A stretch of DNA of 64,000 bases from an uncultured virus (IMG/VR IMGVR_UViG_3300050821_007029). Taxonomy: Duplodnaviria > Heunggongvirae > Uroviricota > Caudoviricetes. The DNA is taken from the IMG/VR virus record IMGVR_UViG_3300050821_007029; one strand, written 5' to 3'. Made by a program: the position numbers and the translations under genes. The notes beneath the pieces are model-generated. The model saw nothing but the letters and a program-made list of their open reading frames with translations. It was not told the origin of the DNA and did not search any database. Below, in pieces: positions 1 through 8,805 of this stretch; position 1 is the stretch's first letter; each line of letters opens with the position of its first letter.

Positions 1-103
1 TCAGCCGCCGCCGGGCGGCGGTGGCGGACGTCCCCCCCGGGTGCGGCGTGGGCGGGGGGGGTGTGGCTGGTGGCGCGCCAGCTGCGCGGCGCGCCGGCGG
101 GCG

Positions 104-117
104 GTTCCACGTGAAAC
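104..117. promoter_or_regulatory. parS-like palindrome GTTCCACGTGAAAC
   Basis: One mismatch to actinobacterial parS GTTTCACGTGAAAC; identical to the 14-bp core of a B. subtilis-type parS; probably intergenic. Confidence 0.55.
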
Positions 118-197
118 CCGGGCGGGGGCAATGGGGCATGGGTGGGCATGGGTGCCGGCACCCTGCGCTGTAGCGCGCGGGTGCCGGCGGGTGGGGG

Positions 198-434
198 TCA
201 GGCCTTGGCCCAGCGGCCGGCGCGGCAGAGGTAGTAGCGGCCGCCGCCCTGCTGCTTGCCCCAGACGGCGTTGCCGTCCTCGCGGACGGTGATCCACTGG
301 CCGGAGTGGGCGAGTGGGGTATGGCAGGTGGGCTGTAGGTGGGCGGTGTGGGTGGCGCTGATACCGCAGGCGCTCATGGTAAGCGCTGCCAGCGCGGCGG
401 CGGAAGCTCGTCTTATGGTGGTGGTGGTGGTCAT
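198..434 (-). CDS. small secreted protein / lipoprotein
   Basis: MTTTTTIRRASAAALAALTMSAC signal with lipobox-like Cys; ATGA overlap with upstream gene. Confidence 0.6.
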   Translation of the reverse strand: MTTTTTIRRASAAALAALTMSACGISATHTAHLQPTCHTPLAHSGQWITVREDGNAVWGKQQGGGRYYLCRAGRWAKA

Positions 435-562
435 GACACGGTGACCCATCGTCCGTCGACCGCGCAGACCGCGACGTGAGTCCCTTCCACGGTGGTCATG
501 ACAGCGGTTTCGTAGACGGTCGCTCCGCACGCGCACTGTCCTTTGCGGACGGTGGTGGTCAT
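431..562 (-). CDS. small Cys-containing hypothetical protein (43 aa)
   Basis: AGGAGG RBS before ATG at 562; MTTTVRKGQCACG. Confidence 0.6.
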   Translation of the reverse strand: MTTTVRKGQCACGATVYETAVMTTVEGTHVAVCAVDGRWVTVS

Positions 563-569
563 TGGGTCC

Positions 570-659
570 TCCTGGTGGTGGTCGGTGAGTCCAAGTCTAC
601 GCGCGTTACCATGATCACCGGCGGTTTGGTGGTTGGGTGACGGTGTGAGATGCGTCACG
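570..659 (-). promoter_or_regulatory. promoter with CRP-like box (644-659), -10 TAGACT and ACCACCAC leader
   Basis: TGTGA-gatgcg-TCACG; paralogous to 925-1000. Confidence 0.55.
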
Positions 660-868
660 TTTTGCCTGGTCACAGCGTCACGCACGCGGTTTGGTGACTG
701 TGAGCGACTACCTTCCACGCGTCCCTGTAAGCGACGCTGACGGGTCCGACCCCCGTCCGGGTACGGTCACCCGTCCGGGTAGCTGGTAGGGATTCCGCGA
801 CGTCAGCGCGGGTGTGGTGGACACGGTTGCGGTCGCGCGGTTGGACACGTCAGCGACCCTAGACGCGA

Positions 869-905
869 CGCGACCCCCGACCGTGACGCTTGGTCGGGGG
901 TCGCG
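869..905 (-). terminator. 14-bp GC hairpin (GCGACCCCC family)
   Basis: cgcgacccccgacc / ggtcgggggtcgcg. Confidence 0.55.
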
Positions 906-924
906 GGGTGGGTGCTTTCCGGGT

Positions 925-1000
925 GTGGTGGTTGGTCAGTTCTGACGGTACGCGCGGTTCCATGGATGAGCGGCGGTTTGGGGGTGTGACATGCGTCACG
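925..1000 (-). promoter_or_regulatory. promoter with CRP-like box (985-1000), -10 TACCGT and AACCACCAC leader
   Basis: TGTGA-catgcg-TCACG; repeat of the 570-659 unit. Confidence 0.5.
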
Positions 1001-1006
1001 TTAACG

Positions 1007-1050
1007 CGCGAAGCGACCCCCGACCGAACCGGTTCGGGGGTCGCTTCGCG
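1007..1050 (-). terminator. 17-bp hairpin after the 1062-1667 gene
   Basis: cgcgaagcgacccccga / tcgggggtcgcttcgcg. Confidence 0.7.
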
Positions 1051-1061
1051 GTTGGGGGTGA

Positions 1062-1667
1062 CTACGCGGTCCGCTTGAGTCCGCGACCACCCGGGTGCTC
1101 GCGCTCCGGGAGACGCGCGTCCCACTCGCACTCCGGGAGGTAGCTGAGGTACTTATTGATCATCGCGGTCGCTTCCTCTTGCGAGATGACCTCCGTCAGC
1201 TTCGCGGTAGTCCACTTCGCTGCGAGGTCCGCGCCGGCCTTGACCAGCAGCGTCGCGACGAGCTGACGCGCGGGGGTCTTGGACGGTGCGCGCTCCTTGA
1301 CCAGACGGACCTTGGTCGCGGGGGTCGCGGTTGGGGTCGCCGGCTTGCGACCGGTCTTCGCTGACGCTGCCGGCTTGGTGGGGGTCTTGCGACCGGTCTT
1401 CGCGGGGGTCGCCGGCTTGGTGGTCGCCGGCGTCGCGGTGTGGTGACCGTGTCCGTTGTCACCGGTCGCGCTCTTACCAGCGGACGTGATCGCGACCACG
1501 TTGGTTCCCTTCGCTTGCGCGAGACTCCCCTTCAGGAGCGCGGTGAGGTCGGACGCGTCCGCCGGCGTCGCCGGCTTGGCCGCGGGTGTGGTCTTCGCGT
1601 TCTGTGCCGCGGCGCGGTTCGCGCGTGACGTGCGGGTAGCCGGCTTGGTGGGTGTGGTGGTGGTCAT
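1062..1667 (-). CDS. basic Ala/Lys/Pro/Thr-rich (histone-like) protein
   Basis: AAGGAG RBS; repeated KPAT/AKTGRK motifs; folded-looking C-terminus. Confidence 0.75.
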   Translation of the reverse strand: MTTTTPTKPATRTSRANRAAAQNAKTTPAAKPATPADASDLTALLKGSLAQAKGTNVVAITSAGKSATGDNGHGHHTATPATTKPATPAKTGRKTPTKPAASAKTGRKPATPTATPATKVRLVKERAPSKTPARQLVATLLVKAGADLAAKWTTAKLTEVISQEEATAMINKYLSYLPECEWDARLPEREHPGGRGLKRTA

Positions 1668-1682
1668 TGTCGGTCACTCCTT

Positions 1683-1760
1683 GTGGTGGTTGGTTGCTAC
1701 GTCCCAACGTATCATGGCAGGTCACGGGGGCGCGCACCGATTCGTGTGAGCTGTATCACA
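1683..1760 (-). promoter_or_regulatory. promoter with perfect CRP-like box TGTGA-N6-TCACA (1745-1760)
   Basis: tgtgagctgtatcaca; -10 TACGTT at 1706-1711; CAACCACCAC leader. Confidence 0.6.
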
Positions 1761-1918
1761 CCACGGGCTGTGACCGCCTTGGTGACTGTGCGGGCATGGG
1801 TCGCCCGCGTTCGGCTCCGGTCCGCTGACACGCGTGACACGGGTCCGCGTACGGTCACCCGCACCGTGTCCCGGACGGGTCACACGCGCTAGCGGACACG
1901 CGTGTGTGACCACACAAG

Positions 1919-1956
1919 GAAGCGACCCCCAACCGTGTCCGATCGGGGGTCGCTTC
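1919..1956 (-). terminator. 12-bp hairpin (GCGACCCCC family)
   Basis: gaagcgaccccc / gggggtcgcttc just after the stop at 1969. Confidence 0.65.
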
Positions 1957-1968
1957 GCTCGGTGGGGG

Positions 1969-3219
1969 TTACTCGCAGACACGTGACCAGCGCGCGGTGC
2001 CGGGTCCGGTGACGTACTCACGCTGGCACCGCGGACCAGGATGAGACGTCAGCGTCACAGCGGCCACGGTCGGCACGATGACCATCGCGAAGATGATCGC
2101 GAGTGAGCGGATAGCGGCGCGGCGGCCGGACCGGCCGGGGGTGACGTGCCGGTCACACGCGCATGGTTCGGGGCGGCCGGCGGACGCTTCGCGGTACAGC
2201 GCGCGGAGCAGACCAGGGCGCCGCCACACGATGATCACGGCGGCGAGGATGAACAGGGTTTCGTCGGCGCCGAAGTCGACCGGCAGGCACTTGACCGCGG
2301 CGGCGAGGGCGAGCAGCGGCCACACGTACCAGGGGACCGCGCGGCGGACGGTGGGGAGCAGCTTGACGGCGTGCAGGCAGTTCCCGGCGAACCGGCGGGG
2401 CGTGGGCCAGGTCGCGCCAGGTCCCGCCCAGGGGCGCAGCGGCGACCACGGGTCGCGCCACATGCGGTGGCCGGTCGCGGGAATCCAGCCGGTCAGCCAC
2501 GCCGCCAGCCTGTCCAGTGGTGACGCGTGGCGCAGCCCGCGTGCCAGGGCGACGCTGACGGTGATCGCCCACCAGGCGTGCCGGTCAGGGTTGGAGACGC
2601 CGAACTCGAGCCGCCGGAACGGGGTCGCGCCCGCGTTGTTCGTGTAGAACTCCCATGACACGGGGGCGCCGCGGGACCGCCGGTAGAACGTGATCCGCCG
2701 GTGACGGTAGTCGCGGGCGCACACACCATGGGCGCCCAGGTGCTCGCGGATGGCGTGGCGCTTCCCGCGCAGCCACCACTTCCACGACGCTTCCCGGCAG
2801 ACGAGCCGGCCGAACAGCGTCTCCGGCACCCGCGGCCGCCACGGGGTGTCCTGCCAGGGGGGGGTGCCGTTGCGCAGCTCGAAGCGTTCGTTGAGCCACC
2901 AGCCATCCGGGCACATGAGCTCGCCATCGGCGTGGAGTGAGCAGTCCTCGTCGCCGCAGTCGGTGCCGTCGAGGTCACCGCGTTCGATCAGCGCCCGCGC
3001 CAGGCGCCCGATCTCCGCGACACGGGCGGCGCGCTCGTCCAGCGGCGCGACTGTGAAGTCAGCGGCGGCGGCCTCCGCGGGTGTGAAGTTGGCGGGGTCG
3101 ATGGTGGGGCGCGGCACGCCATGCCAGGCAGGCTGGGCGGCGACTTGCGCCGGGTCAAGGTGGTCGGCGGGGCTGTGACCCTGCGCGGCGCAGTCACGCG
3201 GGTCGAATATGGCGGTCAT
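1969..3219 (-). CDS. hypothetical membrane protein
   Basis: 416-aa ORF with C-terminal hydrophobic segments; ATGA overlap. Confidence 0.65.
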   Translation of the reverse strand: MTAIFDPRDCAAQGHSPADHLDPAQVAAQPAWHGVPRPTIDPANFTPAEAAAADFTVAPLDERAARVAEIGRLARALIERGDLDGTDCGDEDCSLHADGELMCPDGWWLNERFELRNGTPPWQDTPWRPRVPETLFGRLVCREASWKWWLRGKRHAIREHLGAHGVCARDYRHRRITFYRRSRGAPVSWEFYTNNAGATPFRRLEFGVSNPDRHAWWAITVSVALARGLRHASPLDRLAAWLTGWIPATGHRMWRDPWSPLRPWAGPGATWPTPRRFAGNCLHAVKLLPTVRRAVPWYVWPLLALAAAVKCLPVDFGADETLFILAAVIIVWRRPGLLRALYREASAGRPEPCACDRHVTPGRSGRRAAIRSLAIIFAMVIVPTVAAVTLTSHPGPRCQREYVTGPGTARWSRVCE

Positions 3220-3392
3220 CGGGTGCCTCCTCGCGGTGCCAGGACAATGGTCGCGGCTGGGTGGCGGTCAAGGAACCGGCGCAGGCCGCCGGCGGTGTGG
3301 AACGTCGCGACACGGTCGCCGCGGTCGGTCGGGTAGCGGGCGGCGAACCGGTCGAACGGGTCAGCCGCCACGGTGACAGTGGTCACGCGCAT
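3216..3392 (-). CDS. hypothetical protein
   Basis: GGAGG RBS after promoter/leader at 3410-3458. Confidence 0.65.
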   Translation of the reverse strand: MRVTTVTVAADPFDRFAARYPTDRGDRVATFHTAGGLRRFLDRHPAATIVLAPRGGTR

Positions 3393-3524
3393 GGGGTGCC
3401 TCCGGTGTGGTGTGGTGGTTGGTCGGTACGGACCCATCTTACCGTGTTATGCAGAAAAACGCGGCTCGGGTTTTGGGGCGCGGGCCAGACGTGAGACGCG
3501 CGCCGGCTGGCGGAGTTCACCAGG

Positions 3525-4091
3525 TCAGCGCGCGTCCCGTGGCGGTTCAGACTGTCCACTCGGACACGTCAGTGCCGAACTCGGCCGCCAGGTCCTCCGC
3601 GGCGCGCTGCCGCAGCTCTCCGGGTGACTCGGCGTCCGGATCACGGACTGGCGGCCGCGGTGGGCCGTTGGGGGGATGTCCGCGACCATGCCGAGGCGTG
3701 CCGCTTCGCACGCTTCCGCCGCGGTCGCGTAGAGGGCGGTGACACCGTCGCTGGTTTTGCCCTGCCATTCGCCGCCGGTGAACGTGTCCAGGCCCATGCC
3801 AGCGCCGAGGATCATCACGTTCAGGGTGCCATCGATCCGCTGGAGCAGCCCGAGCGCCTCTGCCGCGCCGGTGTCGTGGCGGCTGAGGAACGCCTCAACC
3901 TCGCTGAGCATGTGGCGCAGGCTCGACGGCACCGGCCCGCACGCGGGGTTATAGAAGCAGCGGCACACCTCGCACGTGAACCGGCCCGTCGCCGCGCCCT
4001 CGTCATAGACGGGGTTCTGGCGGCCCGGGCCCGCCGCGCACAGCGGGCAGCGAACCGAGCCGTCCGGGTCGGCGCCGGTCCGGGCGGTCAT
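3525..4091 (-). CDS. Zn-ribbon hypothetical protein (possible frameshift near 3670)
   Basis: CPLC...CEVC; ATGA overlap. Confidence 0.55.
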   Translation of the reverse strand: MTARTGADPDGSVRCPLCAAGPGRQNPVYDEGAATGRFTCEVCRCFYNPACGPVPSSLRHMLSEVEAFLSRHDTGAAEALGLLQRIDGTLNVMILGAGMGLDTFTGGEWQGKTSDGVTALYATAAEACEAARLGMVADIPPTAHRGRQSVIRTPSHPESCGSAPRRTWRPSSALTCPSGQSEPPRDAR

Positions 4092-4807
4092 GACGACACC
4101 GCCGTCCGGGAACCGCCGCTGACACCGGAGCCGCCGAGGCTGGCGCGCTGGCCCGCCCGGTAACCCGCGCCAGCGCCGGTGCCGCTCGACGTGCGCCGTG
4201 TCATGCGAAGCGCCGGGTAGGTGGACTTCACCGCCGCCTGAACCTGAACCGACTGATCCGCGAGGACCAGCGCCACACCCGGGCGGCCGCCGGTCACCTC
4301 ACGCTGGGCGCTGCTGACCGCGGCGGACTCGGCGGTGCCGAGACGGGCGCCGATGGCGCGGGTGAACCCCATCATCCACGAGTTCGCCCACGCCGTGACC
4401 TTCGCGCCCGACAGGTGATCAGGGCACGGGGTTTCGGCGATGGCGTTGGCGGCCTGCAAGAGCAGGCTGGTGAACAGCATCTCGGCGCGGTCGATGTCCG
4501 CCGGGAAACCAAACAGGTGCAGCCGGGCGCTGGACAGGGCGACGCCTTCGCAGCGGTACGCCTTCGCGACCGTGTACAGCAGGCTCCGCTTCGCCGCCGC
4601 GTACGGCGCGTCCAGGCGGATGACACGGTTGATGGGCAGCACCGTGGCGCCTTCCGCGGCGGCGGCGAGGGCGGCGTCGAGACCGTACTCAGCGCACAGC
4701 TCGGCGGCTTTCGCGGTGAGCGCCTCCGCCTCGGGCGGCGGGCAGGTGTGGTGCTCGGCCTTGGCGAGCAGCTTGCGGACGAGGGCGAGTTTCGGGTGAG
4801 CGTCCAT
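4088..4807 (-). CDS. DUF2786 domain protein
   Basis: LVRKLLAKAE...EAEALTAKAAELCAEYGLD N-terminal motif. Confidence 0.85.
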   Translation of the reverse strand: MDAHPKLALVRKLLAKAEHHTCPPPEAEALTAKAAELCAEYGLDAALAAAAEGATVLPINRVIRLDAPYAAAKRSLLYTVAKAYRCEGVALSSARLHLFGFPADIDRAEMLFTSLLLQAANAIAETPCPDHLSGAKVTAWANSWMMGFTRAIGARLGTAESAAVSSAQREVTGGRPGVALVLADQSVQVQAAVKSTYPALRMTRRTSSGTGAGAGYRAGQRASLGGSGVSGGSRTAVSS

Positions 4808-4900
4808 TGTGGGCGTGCCTTCCATGCGTGGTGGCTGGGATTTGGTGGTTGGGCGCGGGCACCCGGCGGCACGAATCCGCGGGTGCCCGCGCCCTGCTCG

Positions 4901-5920
4901 TCAGCCGCCGCAGATGGTCTGGGCGAGCTGGGCGGCGAGGACCTTCCGCTTCTGCGGCTTCAGCAGCTGGCGGCCCAGGTAGGTGTCCTTCGACCGGTAG
5001 CCGACATAGTGGTCTAGGTACTCGTCGGCGGCCTGGACCAGGCCGAACGCGGTGCCCGCGATCGTCTCGCAGGTCGGGCTCGCCAGGATCGCCTTGACCG
5101 TCAGGCGTGCCTCCTCGATGTTGCGCATCACGCGGTCCGACGCGGCGACCGACTCCATCGGCGCCGGGATGAACTCCGCGATGAACGTCGCCGTCTGCTC
5201 CGGGCTGGCGGGCAGCTCGGACAGACGCGTGGCGAACTCGACGTATTCGGCGAAGTCGGTTCGCAGCCCGGCCAGCGCCACGCGGGCTTCCTCGACGTGG
5301 TCGCGCCAGTTCTTGCGGTGGCTGAACACGAACACGGTGCCGTTGCGGTCCGCCTCAGCCTCAGCGGCGGCGCGGGTGTTCGCGCAGACGATCCGCACGC
5401 TGGTCGACTGGGCGCGGCACGAGCCGTCGCCGTCGTGGCGGGCGGTCAGCGCCATGTACGGCAGGGTGACGGAGTTGTCGCCGGGCAGGGTGACGGGCTC
5501 GTCGAGGAGGACGACCGCGGCGACGGACTTGCCGCCTTCGAGGCAGACGGCGGTCTCGTACTTCGCGTTGACGTCGGCGCCGAGGACGGCCTCGATGATC
5601 GAGCCGATCTCGGCGTTGCTGATCACGGCGTAGGAGTCGGTGGGGAACCCGAGGGTCGCGCCGGTGTCGGAGCGGACGATCCGCTGGCTGCCTTCGACTG
5701 GGTGGTAGTCGCCGGTCGCGGCGGTGGCGATGTCGAACGTGGGCATTCCTTCGGCGGTGAGGCCGCTGAACCCGTAGGCGGGCGCCGACACGGGCTCCCA
5801 GGCGAGGCCCGCCAGCTTGCGCGCCTCATCCCAGGAGCCTGGATAGTCGTCCACGACGACTCCCATGCCATGCCAGGCTGGCACGCGGACGAATAGACCG
5901 GATTCGAAATACGCGGGCAT
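4901..5920 (-). CDS. DUF932 family protein (phage/plasmid TIGR03299-like)
   Basis: PAWHGMG, YETAVCLEGG, HDGDGS, RIVCANT motifs. Confidence 0.85.
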   Translation of the reverse strand: MPAYFESGLFVRVPAWHGMGVVVDDYPGSWDEARKLAGLAWEPVSAPAYGFSGLTAEGMPTFDIATAATGDYHPVEGSQRIVRSDTGATLGFPTDSYAVISNAEIGSIIEAVLGADVNAKYETAVCLEGGKSVAAVVLLDEPVTLPGDNSVTLPYMALTARHDGDGSCRAQSTSVRIVCANTRAAAEAEADRNGTVFVFSHRKNWRDHVEEARVALAGLRTDFAEYVEFATRLSELPASPEQTATFIAEFIPAPMESVAASDRVMRNIEEARLTVKAILASPTCETIAGTAFGLVQAADEYLDHYVGYRSKDTYLGRQLLKPQKRKVLAAQLAQTICGG

Positions 5921-6019
5921 CTCGTGCCCCTCTCCGTGTGGTGGTTGGTGCTCCCACCATTCTATACGGGGTTTCCCCGGAATGGTGACATGGCGTGCAT
6001 TTTCTTTCCGTCACGCGCG

Positions 6020-6799
6020 CTATTCGATTCCGGGCAGCGTGGAGCGCCATTTCAGTGCCCATTCAAGGCAGTTCTGGCATTTAGTGTGGGCATGGCCGGC
6101 GAGGCGGACCGGTGTGTAGCGGGCGTCGAACGACCACGCCAGCGAATCCGCCGACACGAGCTGGTCACAGACGGCGGCGAGGCCGGTTTTCTTCACCCCG
6201 AACCCGTGCAATGGCAGGCCGGTGAGGCTGCCGATGATGTCCACCACCTCAGCCGTCGCCTGGACGCGGCACAGGGTGCCGACGCCGACGACCGGGTAGG
6301 CGGCCAGGTCGACGCCGTTCGCGGTGTAGAGCTCCACGCAGGCGGTGTGGGGGTAGCCGTCGCCGCCCTGAACAGCGGGCATGATCGGGCACGAGCCGTC
6401 GCTGAACTCCGGCCACAGCGCGCGGCATTCGAGGAAGTTCGCGACCGTGCGGCGCTGGTGCTCGCCGCCGGTGAGGTGGGTGCCGGGGGCGCCGCGGCCG
6501 CCGTGGATCATCCACGGTTCACACATCCAGTCCTGCGGCGCCGCCCACTCCAGATGCCCGATCTCCCGGTCGTACCGGGCTACGGCTTCGACGTATTCGC
6601 GGGCCGTGGTGCGCCATTCGCCGTACTTGCGGAGTTCGCTGTAACCACCGGAGTCCAGCGCCCACGGCGACGACGCCCGCCGCAGCGACCGGAGCCGGGT
6701 GAGACGTGGGTGGGCGACGAACAGCGGCACACCGCGGATGGCGGGGTTCCACAGCCACGACGGCTCATGAGTGCCGAGGTAGAACCTCACGGCTGGCAC
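6020..6799 (-). CDS. dpdA: DpdA-like tRNA-guanine-transglycosylase-fold protein (7-deazaguanine DNA modification)
   Basis: LDSGGYS, QDWMCEP, PAVQG, HGFGVK, SADSLAWS motifs. Confidence 0.75.
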   Translation of the reverse strand: MPAVRFYLGTHEPSWLWNPAIRGVPLFVAHPRLTRLRSLRRASSPWALDSGGYSELRKYGEWRTTAREYVEAVARYDREIGHLEWAAPQDWMCEPWMIHGGRGAPGTHLTGGEHQRRTVANFLECRALWPEFSDGSCPIMPAVQGGDGYPHTACVELYTANGVDLAAYPVVGVGTLCRVQATAEVVDIIGSLTGLPLHGFGVKKTGLAAVCDQLVSADSLAWSFDARYTPVRLAGHAHTKCQNCLEWALKWRSTLPGIE

Positions 6800-6827
6800 G
6801 CGGCCAGGCGGCGGGCCTCGGTGCGTG

Positions 6828-7190
6828 TCATGACGCCACCTCCCACGCCCGCTCGGGCAGCGGCGGCAGCCCAGCCAGGATCTTCGCCTCGAGATGGCGG
6901 CGCCCGTAGGTGCGGATCAGCTCATCGGTGCAGATCCACCCCGGCTCGATCAGGATGCCGTTGGCGTCGCGCCGCCCGGTGAGTTCCCACCGGGGATTCT
7001 CGCCTTCGACCCGGGCCCACTGGGCGTTCCGTGCGACAGCGGCGGCCGCGCCCCGGATGACGCGGGCTTTCGGCTGCCATTGGCGGGGCAGCCAGCTCAG
7101 TTCTTCGTCGGTCATCGCGGGGGCGTGGTCGTGGAGCCACGCGAGGATGGTCTCGCGGCTGGCGCAGCACCAGTCCGGCTGCTCGTCCAT
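6828..7190 (-). CDS. hypothetical protein
   Basis: ORF in coupled chain. Confidence 0.6.
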   Translation of the reverse strand: MDEQPDWCCASRETILAWLHDHAPAMTDEELSWLPRQWQPKARVIRGAAAAVARNAQWARVEGENPRWELTGRRDANGILIEPGWICTDELIRTYGRRHLEAKILAGLPPLPERAWEVAS

Positions 7191-7191
7191 G

Positions 7192-7527
7192 TCAGCCACC
7201 CACTCTCGCGGTGAACAGGGCGGCCGCCTGGTCCAGGGCCGCCCGCTGCTTCACCGACAGCACGTCGTGAGGGTCGGCGCCATCGGTGCTGTGCCACAGT
7301 TCCCCCGCCGCCATGATCAGGTCAGGCAGCAGATCCGGGTCCAGCGACTGCGGCTCGGCGGCGGCGAGGTAACCGTAGGACGACCAGTGCGCGGCCGCCG
7401 TGGCGTAGGCGTCGCTGAGACCGCGGGCGTAGAAGTCGCCTTCGACGTCGCCGCGCTTCGCGCATTCCATCGCCGTCTCGGTGGCCTGGCGGGACAGTTC
7501 CCGCAGCTTCTCAGCGTTCGTCGCCAT
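7192..7527 (-). CDS. hypothetical protein
   Basis: ORF starting MATNAEKLRE after the duplicated junction. Confidence 0.65.
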   Translation of the reverse strand: MATNAEKLRELSRQATETAMECAKRGDVEGDFYARGLSDAYATAAAHWSSYGYLAAAEPQSLDPDLLPDLIMAAGELWHSTDGADPHDVLSVKQRAALDQAAALFTARVGG

Positions 7528-7567
7528 TTCAGCCACCCACCGTCGCCATTTCAGCCACCCACCGTCG
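7519..7567. repeat. 22-bp tandem duplication (2.2 copies)
   Basis: cgtcgccatttcagccacccac at 7519-7540 and 7541-7562. Confidence 0.95.
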
Positions 7568-8600
7568 TCAGCACTGGCGCCGTGCTCGGAGCCAGCGACC
7601 ACGCGCCACGCCGGCGTTCCACCAGGCGCTCTTTGCGGGCGTGGACGAGGACCATGCTGACCACCTGGAACGTCACACCAAGGGCCATGGCGAGTTCCTG
7701 CGCCGACATCGGGCGGCCAGCGGCGGTGAGCTCACGCACCACGCGCTGCTCGATCCGTGCCATCGCCGCGCCGCTGGTGAGCGACAGCGGCGGCTGCTTC
7801 CATTCCACGTGGGCGTCGGGGTCATCGAACCCTTCGGCGGCGATCCTGAACTCCAGCGGCTTCGGCAGGGTGCCCATGTTCGATTTCAGCGACATGAGCA
7901 TCTTCACCTCGGGGTTGTCCTTACTCGGCACGATCACGCTGGCGAGGCGGACGGCGTCGGTGAGGCCTTTCGACCCGCCGACGTAATCGATCAGCCGCGC
8001 CGGGTCGGTGATCCCGGTGCTGCCTTTCGTGAAGTGGCCGATCACCAGCCCCGCCACACCGGTGTCAGCGCACAGTTCCGACAGGGGGTCGATGACCTTC
8101 AGGCGCATCTGCTGGTTGTAGCTGACCGTTGACGTGGCGGCGCTCATGATGGGGCCGATCACGACCAGGCGGACATCGCCGAGTTCGGTGATCCGGCGGC
8201 GCAGCAGGCCCAGGTCGCCGCCGTCGGTACCGCCGATGCCGAACCGGGACCGCAGCGCCGCGCCCGTCACCGACGTGCGTTCGACGTGGCTGATGTCGTC
8301 GATCCTCGTCAGGTCCGCGCCAGCGGCCCGCAGCCGCGGCAGGACCGTTGATGTCGCGGAATCCTCCAGTTCAGCCATGATGGCCTGGCCGGGGGTGGCG
8401 ACGTCGTCGGGGTCGACTTCGGGGTCACCCAGCGGCCACGGCGGCTGGGTGAATCCCCGTGACACCCGGGCCGCGAGGTCGCAGGACACGATGCTCTTGC
8501 CCGCGCCACCCGCGGCGATGAGCAGTGACACGAGGCCTTCCGCGAGGACGCCGGGCATGATGTGGTGGGTTTCGGTCTCGATCATGTCCGAGAACAGCAT
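7551..8600 (-). CDS. AAA_25 / RecA-fold RepA-like ATPase with C-terminal wHTH
   Basis: Walker A AAGGAGKS, ELED, LVIGHFTK, GGSKG; AAGGAGGG RBS before ATG 8600. Confidence 0.8.
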   Translation of the reverse strand: MLFSDMIETETHHIMPGVLAEGLVSLLIAAGGAGKSIVSCDLAARVSRGFTQPPWPLGDPEVDPDDVATPGQAIMAELEDSATSTVLPRLRAAGADLTRIDDISHVERTSVTGAALRSRFGIGGTDGGDLGLLRRRITELGDVRLVVIGPIMSAATSTVSYNQQMRLKVIDPLSELCADTGVAGLVIGHFTKGSTGITDPARLIDYVGGSKGLTDAVRLASVIVPSKDNPEVKMLMSLKSNMGTLPKPLEFRIAAEGFDDPDAHVEWKQPPLSLTSGAAMARIEQRVVRELTAAGRPMSAQELAMALGVTFQVVSMVLVHARKERLVERRRGAWSLAPSTAPVLTTVGG

Positions 8601-8604
8601 GGCG

Positions 8605-8805
8605 TTAGCCCTCCTTCCTTGGGCTGGTGCGCGCCCACCGGTCTTTCGGCGGGTCACGCTTGTCGGCTTCTTTCCGCAGCCACCCGGGCAGTGGGCGGCC
8701 CAGGCTCATGCACACCCACGTGATGACCGCGCCGGCGATGAAAAACGGCGCCAGCGCGGCCACGACGATCACGAGGAACCAGGCGGCGTTGATGAGCAGG
8801 ATCAT
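8605..8805 (-). CDS. small membrane protein
   Basis: hydrophobic N-terminus; ATGA overlap. Confidence 0.6.
   Translation of the reverse strand: MILLINAAWFLVIVVAALAPFFIAGAVITWVCMSLGRPLPGWLRKEADKRDPPKDRWARTSPRKEG

Noticed and set aside
1..70. Physical genome end or telomere
   Set aside because: G-rich, but no terminal repeat or palindrome set can be verified from this window
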